Shown: positions 58,126-64,000 of the stretch, in pieces
Numbering within the stretch: position 1 is the first letter of the stretch
Layout: every line of letters starts with the position of its first letter
Source: a virus
Lineage: Duplodnaviria > Caudoviricetes
Direction: 5' to 3' (one strand)
Virus record (IMG/VR): IMGVR_UViG_3300034059_000003
Location: 1 to 64,000 of that record
DNA: 64,000 nucleotides
Position numbers and translations under genes: made by a program
The notes under the pieces: generated by a model
What the model was told of the DNA's origin: nothing
Database searches by the model: none
What the model saw: the letters and a program-made list of their open reading frames with translations, nothing else

Positions 58126-60475
58126 TTGCTTTTAAATTATCAAATGTTAAACTATCAACAATATAGTTAATTCTATTATCTTGGGACATCCATTTAGAAA
58201 TTAAATCCCTTTCTGCTATAGTGTTATGATGAGAGGAAGGTTTTATTTTTTCTTCAAGAAAATAATGACTTTTTTCACTTTGAAAAAATGTGAATCCAGA
58301 AATAATTATATTCTTAAATCCAAGAGCTCGGGCTATTCCAATAGCCATTATGCCTACAGTTGGAAATGCATTTATCTCTTCCGTAACTTCTCTGAATAAC
58401 ATAGCAAAAGCATCATTATTTCCATAAGTATAAACTACATTGCCATTCTTTATTAATTTCTCAGCATTATTCAACCAATGTAGATGCATCATTTTTGCAG
58501 AAGTATATTTTTGGTACAAATTATCTGATATCGGAAGAACACCAAGTATTGGATAATCAACCTTTCCAGAAGGGATAATCTCATGATAAAGACTCGAAAT
58601 ATTAAGATCTATTTTTGATCCGATTTCTTTATATTGTTCTCCTATCTTGAAATTATTACATCTCATAACAAAAGAATGATCAATTTTATCTGAGAGATCT
58701 GTTCTGAATGGACCATTCCCTATTACTGAACAGGTATCGAAATCTTTACACAGTTTCTCTATTTCAGTAAATAGAAAATTATATTTGTCTGATTTATAAT
58801 CAGGAACCTCTTTCTTTAAAGAAACTTTATCCTTGAACCGTCTTGATGCTTGATGATGTGAAACTACTGGATTATCACACTGTAAAAATTGATTATCCCA
58901 AATATAAATATACTCTTTTGGTAAATCAGCAACAATTATATCAGTATATCCACTAATCACCAATTGGAAATTAGGTGCATCGGGATTATTGTTGGTTGAA
59001 TTTAACTGAATCCACTTATTTAATATTTCTCTTGTTACAGTATTGTTTTTAAAATACATTGTCCCGGTCATCTTTTCATTCCACTCTTTTATATAATGGA
59101 ATGAAATATCACAATTAAGAGAATAAAAGAATTCAGGATCTCTTAAAACTTCAGCATCAGCATCAATCCATACAACATCTTTGTTGTATTTATCCATTAC
59201 ACTCTTTATAACTTGTGGTTTCATTTGAGTGTTTAATTCCCAGGATCCCTGATTCCTTAATCCAACAATTTCATAAGGCAAATTAAACTTATCAAGAGAC
59301 TTCTTTAGTGTTTCAACTTCTTTTTCATATGGTGTGTCTGAAGTAAACATGCTGACATATATTATATCGTTCTTTCCAGACATAGAAAAATTCAACTTAT
59401 CTTCAATGAATTTAAGATTTTGTTCATTCTGATTACGTATGTCTTCTGGAATTCCATCACAGAACTTTACCATTAATGCATGTTCTTTTGCCTGTATAAA
59501 ATTACCAATCCAATAATAACAGATAGCAAGTTCGAAATCAGCCTGGAATCTTTTATTTGTTAAATGAATAAACAGTTTATCCGTCTTTGGATATGACATT
59601 CTTAATACTTCTTCCTGTATAATTCGTGCAAGATGATATTTCTTTTTCTCGCGATAAATCAATCCAAGCATAAACAAGGCCTCAAATCTTGTTGGCCGAT
59701 ATGAATAGGCTTCTGCTAATTGTATTGTTGCACTATCATAATTCTTAAGATGATACTGAAGAACTCCTATCTGGAATAATGAATAGTAAACCTCTTCTTC
59801 CCAACCCATTCTACGAACTCTTTCTTCATAATATTTTATAGCTTTTTCATATTCTTGCATATTGGCATATGTCTGAGCCAGATAGAAATAGTTCCGTGTT
59901 TCATTTGGATTATCGACAATTGCTTTCTCAAGTAGATCTCTATCACGAACAAGTTTTTCCTTTCTTGATCCACCATCGGCATGATGAATAATAGATAACT
60001 CATGTAATTCAGGACTTTCTCCACAATTAGTTGAATTGATATATTCATGTGTTACTCCAGTATAGAACCAATGCTTATTGCCATTTACAAGGAGTATCTG
60101 AGCGAAATCAAGATCACCAAGATATCTTAAATGATACCAATCATACTTCAATGTGTTTTTGTCAAATGAATCTAAGATGACATATTCAAAATCAGCATCA
60201 GCCAATAATAAATAACTCGACTTGTCATAAGCGAGTTCCATCAATTCATTCCTATTATGTCCAAAATTAACCCAAGATCTTTCGTGTATTTCTCCTGGAA
60301 TATCTCCCATTGTTTCTTTTATCACTGCGATTGTGTTATCAGTAGATCCAGTGTCAACAATGCAGTAATAATCAATAATTGACTTACAACTATTGATTAA
60401 TCTTGCAATTGTTTTTTCTTCTTGTTTAACAATTGCACATAAACAGATAGTTTTGTTTGTTACTGTTGATTCCAT
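58094..60475 (-). CDS. Multi-domain glycosyltransferase: GT2 + TPR + second GT-A domain + GT29 (sialyltransferase)-like domain
   Basis: LCAIVKQEE..I.RL..S......IVDTGSTD and DAD (GT2); TPR helices; W..NT.MKP..I....VVWIDADA and HHQASR; CSVIGNG...VMRCNN, PTVG..AI...IIISGF and HH...ER (sialylmotif L/S/VS-like). Confidence 0.82.
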   Translation of the reverse strand: MESTVTNKTICLCAIVKQEEKTIARLINSCKSIIDYYCIVDTGSTDNTIAVIKETMGDIPGEIHERSWVNFGHNRNELMELAYDKSSYLLLADADFEYVILDSFDKNTLKYDWYHLRYLGDLDFAQILLVNGNKHWFYTGVTHEYINSTNCGESPELHELSIIHHADGGSRKEKLVRDRDLLEKAIVDNPNETRNYFYLAQTYANMQEYEKAIKYYEERVRRMGWEEEVYYSLFQIGVLQYHLKNYDSATIQLAEAYSYRPTRFEALFMLGLIYREKKKYHLARIIQEEVLRMSYPKTDKLFIHLTNKRFQADFELAICYYWIGNFIQAKEHALMVKFCDGIPEDIRNQNEQNLKFIEDKLNFSMSGKNDIIYVSMFTSDTPYEKEVETLKKSLDKFNLPYEIVGLRNQGSWELNTQMKPQVIKSVMDKYNKDVVWIDADAEVLRDPEFFYSLNCDISFHYIKEWNEKMTGTMYFKNNTVTREILNKWIQLNSTNNNPDAPNFQLVISGYTDIIVADLPKEYIYIWDNQFLQCDNPVVSHHQASRRFKDKVSLKKEVPDYKSDKYNFLFTEIEKLCKDFDTCSVIGNGPFRTDLSDKIDHSFVMRCNNFKIGEQYKEIGSKIDLNISSLYHEIIPSGKVDYPILGVLPISDNLYQKYTSAKMMHLHWLNNAEKLIKNGNVVYTYGNNDAFAMLFREVTEEINAFPTVGIMAIGIARALGFKNIIISGFTFFQSEKSHYFLEEKIKPSSHHNTIAERDLISKWMSQDNRINYIVDSLTFDNLKANASSGSEYIE

Positions 60476-60512
60476 TTTTCCTGTCTTAAATTTATACTTT
60501 GAATCTTCATAT

Positions 60513-60520
60513 CAAAGTTA
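60513..60520 (-). promoter_or_regulatory. Putative Bacteroidota sigma70 -7 element upstream of the glycosyltransferase
   Basis: TAACTTTG on the - strand in the 52-nt gap, about 38 nt upstream of ATG60475; same 8-mer as 775-782. No clear -33 box. Confidence 0.45.
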
Positions 60521-60527
60521 TATCATT

Positions 60528-61880
60528 TTATGTATGAAACACATTTGTCCAATCATTATCGTATGCACAAATAGCCTGAGTCGATAATCCTAACCAAGCA
60601 GTTCCATCTATTACTTCAGGAATTAAAACACCACTTCTTAAATGTTTGCATGCATAATTCTGAACCATCCATACTTGACCACCTATTAGAACCGTGTCAT
60701 AAATATTACCATCATAATCAGAAACCTTTTCTCCTTCAGTATATCCAGTTAAATTGTCTCTTATTAACCTTATCGCACACCCTTGTTTTTTAATAATAGA
60801 TCTTGCTAATATTGCTTCTCCGGTAGCAACAAATTTATTCGCATATGCATTTACTCCATATGATAAACTATCTTCTGTATTTGTCCACAGTTCTCCAACA
60901 TTCTTTAATTGTTGAAAATTAGCAACTAATAAACCGTTTCTTATACCATTTCCTACTGCTGTAAATCCTGAACTATTTGTTGCACCCTCATCGTCACTAA
61001 TCCAATGTATTATTCCAGTTTCTCTGCAGGCTTTATTTACTTCTATCAAAGTACTCCAATTATTAAATAATGTTTGGTATTCGGATGTAGAAGGAATATG
61101 CCATCCTATTGGTGGTGTTAATGCATTATTCGCAGCGTACCAATTATATAAAAGACCATAATTTATTACATTACTATAACCAGGTAAAAATACATAATCC
61201 CAATTATTGTCATAAGCACAACATCCTGGTGTAATTAATTCAAACCATGAATTAGCATTTTGTACTTCTGGAATTGGAACTCCATTTGAAAAATGTGTTA
61301 CAGCAAGATTTTGTTGAAGCCAAACCTGCGTACCAATCTTTACAGTAGTATAAATATTTCCATCATAATCTCTAACTACCATTCCGGGATACCATTGAGA
61401 CGTATCTATTAATAGACATCTTATCGACATACCCCATTTTTTGTCATCGTTTGCAGGTGATCCTCCAACTACTGTATACGCATATTCATGTATAGAATCA
61501 TATCTTATTTGTTGAACATAAGTTAGGTTATTATGAAAATATCCAGAATTTTTTAATCCATCAAAATATGGAGATACATTATAAATACTATATCTCCAAC
61601 CACCGCCAAATATTGTAAGTTTTGAACTGTTTGTTGCGCCAGTATTAGGATAATTCCAATGGATATATCCAACTTCTTTACATTTACCTCCTGCAATTGA
61701 TATTCCACCAAGATAATTCCATAATGTAGTCCAATCGGCTAAAAGTGGAACTTTCCATCCTATAGGAGCAATTCCATTTGAACTATTGGCTGCATACCAA
61801 TTATAAAGTAAACCATATGAAATATTAGATACTGGTCTTATAGAATTAAGTAATGATCTGAAGATAGAAGAACTTCTCAT
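60528..61880 (-). CDS. Tandem, circularly permuted FISUMP (Fib_succ_major) domain protein
   Basis: Two ~219-aa units, each YGLLYNWYA...GW..P...ATNSS...G..IR(C)L followed by DYDGNIY.TV.IG.QVW..QN...CAYDN.W. Confidence 0.8.
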   Translation of the reverse strand: MRSSSIFRSLLNSIRPVSNISYGLLYNWYAANSSNGIAPIGWKVPLLADWTTLWNYLGGISIAGGKCKEVGYIHWNYPNTGATNSSKLTIFGGGWRYSIYNVSPYFDGLKNSGYFHNNLTYVQQIRYDSIHEYAYTVVGGSPANDDKKWGMSIRCLLIDTSQWYPGMVVRDYDGNIYTTVKIGTQVWLQQNLAVTHFSNGVPIPEVQNANSWFELITPGCCAYDNNWDYVFLPGYSNVINYGLLYNWYAANNALTPPIGWHIPSTSEYQTLFNNWSTLIEVNKACRETGIIHWISDDEGATNSSGFTAVGNGIRNGLLVANFQQLKNVGELWTNTEDSLSYGVNAYANKFVATGEAILARSIIKKQGCAIRLIRDNLTGYTEGEKVSDYDGNIYDTVLIGGQVWMVQNYACKHLRSGVLIPEVIDGTAWLGLSTQAICAYDNDWTNVFHT

Positions 61881-61883
61881 TTC

Positions 61884-63728
61884 TTATTGTGTATATGGTC
61901 CTCCAATATTCCAATAGAATCCGGTATTATCATAGATAAACGATACTATCGTTCTCTCGTTTGGTCCTGTGAATATGTTTTTTTCAGTACCATCTTTGAA
62001 ATAATTTGTTCCTGTAAAAGACAAAGAATGTCCGCCAGAGGCATCTTGAAAAACAAGTAAATTTCCACATTCCCCGCTTAGAACATTTGATAATATAATA
62101 GTCGTATTCTGTGTTAAGAATAATTTTGCATTATATCCTTGTGAAAGATTCCAATGAACACCTGCAGTTGAATTATCAAGTCTCAGAAATGCCTTTTGTG
62201 CTTCAGCTGGTCCTGTAGGACCTATTAATCCTTGTGAACCGGAAGGACCAGTTGGTCCCATAGAACCTTGCATTGCTTCAACAAACAATCTTGCCTTCAT
62301 TACCTGAAGATATCCACTACCTGTTGATCTCCTATATCTTCCTTTAATAGTATGTGACCCTATAGATAAAGCATCAAACCTTACTATTACAGGAATCATT
62401 TGTGGATTTAATGAATCAAGATATATTTGATGTTCTCCAGAGTCTACACCATCAACTTGAACAGCAAGTGCAAGAGTAGATGCACCACCAGCACCTCTTG
62501 TTGTATCAAGTCTTACTTCACAATTTAACGTAATGAGTAACTCAACAGATTCATTCAAAATAATTGTTGTAATGACACCAGAAATATCTTCTAAAGTCGA
62601 TGATACTGTTCCTGAAGAAGTAAGTTTCTCAATATATGAACTTGGTATTTTACCTGCAATAGCATCAATACCTGCAGGACCAGTAGACCCTTGTACTCCT
62701 GTTAGCCCAATTGGACCAGTTGGTCCGGTTATTCCTTGTGCTCCTATTGAACCAGTCGATCCTTTTGAACCTGTAGGACCTACAGATCCTGTATTGCCTT
62801 TTGCACCTGTAGGACCTGTTACAGATAATCCAGATGCGCCTGTCGGCCCTATTGGACCTGTTGGACCCAAAGGTCCTGTTGGACCGGTTACAGACGGTCC
62901 AGTACTACCTTGTGGACCGGTAGGACCCGGTGCATATGCGCCACCATAAAGATTTATTTTCCAATCAGAGTAAGTTCCTGATCCAGTATGATTTATCGAT
63001 TGTACTGATAATTCTCCTGAAGCACCGGTATAATTAACAACTGATGCTCTGAATAAGTTATTAACATCATAAGCAATAACAACATCTTGTCCTGTTGTAT
63101 ATGCTCTTCCTGTAGAACAAGTTATATCTATTCCTATAGGATGTGACGATGGGATTACTATTGTATCGGAAGATAAAGATGCATATCTCTCTCCTATTCC
63201 GGTTGCACCTGTTGGACCTTGTATCCCTTGTGGACCGGTTGGTCCTGCAGCGGTTGATGCGGCTCCGGTTATACCGGCAGGTCCTACTGCACCGGCTGGA
63301 CCTGTTGGACCGGTATTTCCTTGTGGACCTGTAGGTCCTTGGACACCTGTTGGACCGGTAGATCCCGGTATTATAGATGCTGGACCAGTTGGTCCTGTAC
63401 TTCCTTTTGATCCTGCCGGTCCTGATGGTCCGGCAATTCCTTGTATTCCGGTTGCACCTTTTATCCCAATTGGACCTGTCACACCTTTAGGTCCTACTGT
63501 TCCTGTAACACCACGCGGTCCAGTTGGTCCTACACCTTGAGGTCCTGTTGGTCCTACTGCACCGGTAGGTCCTCTTTGTCCTGCCGGTCCAGGAATACTT
63601 GTACCTGGTAAGACTGTTAATCCTGAGAGAATAATGTTTTTATTATCATTCCTTGCAGGTTCAACTGCATAACCAGAACTCCCAGTAATAGAGGGAGATG
63701 GTCCTAAGAATTGTGCCCCAGTACTCAT
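61884..63728 (-). CDS. Collagen-like (Gly-Pro-Thr-rich) tail fibre protein
   Basis: Three G-X-Y blocks separated by globular domains; C-terminal W.LS.GYNA.L.LT.N......N...G....L...QD..GG domain. Confidence 0.85.
   Translation of the reverse strand: MSTGAQFLGPSPSITGSSGYAVEPARNDNKNIILSGLTVLPGTSIPGPAGQRGPTGAVGPTGPQGVGPTGPRGVTGTVGPKGVTGPIGIKGATGIQGIAGPSGPAGSKGSTGPTGPASIIPGSTGPTGVQGPTGPQGNTGPTGPAGAVGPAGITGAASTAAGPTGPQGIQGPTGATGIGERYASLSSDTIVIPSSHPIGIDITCSTGRAYTTGQDVVIAYDVNNLFRASVVNYTGASGELSVQSINHTGSGTYSDWKINLYGGAYAPGPTGPQGSTGPSVTGPTGPLGPTGPIGPTGASGLSVTGPTGAKGNTGSVGPTGSKGSTGSIGAQGITGPTGPIGLTGVQGSTGPAGIDAIAGKIPSSYIEKLTSSGTVSSTLEDISGVITTIILNESVELLITLNCEVRLDTTRGAGGASTLALAVQVDGVDSGEHQIYLDSLNPQMIPVIVRFDALSIGSHTIKGRYRRSTGSGYLQVMKARLFVEAMQGSMGPTGPSGSQGLIGPTGPAEAQKAFLRLDNSTAGVHWNLSQGYNAKLFLTQNTTIILSNVLSGECGNLLVFQDASGGHSLSFTGTNYFKDGTEKNIFTGPNERTIVSFIYDNTGFYWNIGGPYTQ
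62670..63590 (-). repeat. Collagen G-X-Y repeat blocks (63192-63590 and 62670-62927; short third block ~62200-62275)
   Basis: GPT/GPQ/GAT/GST triplets; Thr is frequent at the Y position. Confidence 0.9.
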
Positions 63729-64000
63729 TATAGATTTGGATCTACATCATTAAAATCAAGAATTTGATTAAGTTCAGCTTGTATTGTTGTTAAGGTCACA
63801 ATATTTGCTGATGAAATAGCACTTTTTAATCCTTGTAGTAATGCCCAAACAGTATTTGCATCATTCTGATATTTCTTTCTTGTCTCCCCTGGAACAAGTC
63901 TTGAGAGATTGGCATACATTTTTTCAACTCCGGCTTCTGCCTCACAATAAACATAAGGATAAAATGTACTCTTATATTCTTTTGTTGCTGTACATGAACC
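63728..64000 (-). CDS. 3' part of a hypothetical gene truncated by the window edge
   Basis: The frame is open from 64000 ([31 protein letters not shown]...) to the stop at 63728, so ATG63919 is internal. Confidence 0.7.
   Translation of the reverse strand, partial: GSCTATKEYKSTFYPYVYCEAEAGVEKMYANLSRLVPGETRKKYQNDANTVWALLQGLKSAISSANIVTLTTIQAELNQILDFNDVDPNL

Larger units (their letters stand above)
34..64000. mobile_element. Partial genome of a crAss-like (Crassvirales-related) phage of Bacteroidota
   Basis: Virion RNAP-type giant protein, crAss-type muzzle, ring and IHF-like genes, DUF5675 lysin, Bacteroidota-type TAnnTTTG promoter boxes and Q-rule signal peptides. Two convergent gene blocks and no host housekeeping genes. 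Confidence 0.85.

Noticed and set aside
62533-62949. + strand 138-aa Pro/Val/Gly-rich ORF
   Set aside because: Antisense shadow of the collagen repeat; GGNCCN codons leave the opposite strand free of stops.
76-64000. Genome-wide stop-codon reassignment (known in some crAss-like phages)
   Set aside because: Standard code gives a 19-kb uninterrupted ORF and tightly coupled genes ending in TAA, TGA and TAG. Only one isolated in-frame TGA (12456) was seen.
1-64000. CRISPR array, tRNA or rRNA genes
   Set aside because: Intergenic gaps are short, and I saw no regularly spaced 25-45-bp repeats or cloverleaf-like sequences. tRNAscan and CRISPR finders were not run.

Overview
This window is a 64-kb piece of a dsDNA phage genome, most likely crAss-like (Crassvirales-related) with a Bacteroidota host. 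Bases 1-33 are untrimmed Nextera adapter. The + strand arm (76-19383) is a dense early/replication/accessory module: DnaA-domain-IV protein, nucleotidyltransferase-like protein, DnaB helicase, Rad50-like ATPase, Cas4-like nuclease, N6-adenine methylase, PcfK(AcrIIA9-like)/PcfJ, RusA, an exported lytic transglycosylase and an acyl carrier protein. It also holds several damaged genes. The - strand arm (19395-64000) is the virion module. It includes a ~6,385-aa ejected polyprotein that joins an intein-split SF1 helicase, a two-barrel virion RNA polymerase (DFDVD) flanked by two HExxH zincin motifs, and a PD-(D/E)xK nuclease. Further upstream on that strand are two more cargo proteins, a muzzle/stabilisation gene apparently split by an FN3x3+FISUMP cassette, ring proteins, an IHF-like protein and lysis genes. 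The rightmost block has three fibre/spike-like proteins that unusually carry Sec signal peptides, a fused GT2-TPR/GT-A/GT29-like glycosyltransferase, a permuted tandem FISUMP protein and a Thr-rich collagen fibre. I saw no tRNA, rRNA, CRISPR array, reverse transcriptase, integrase, DNA polymerase, capsid or terminase. All family calls come from motif recognition by eye, not database searches.
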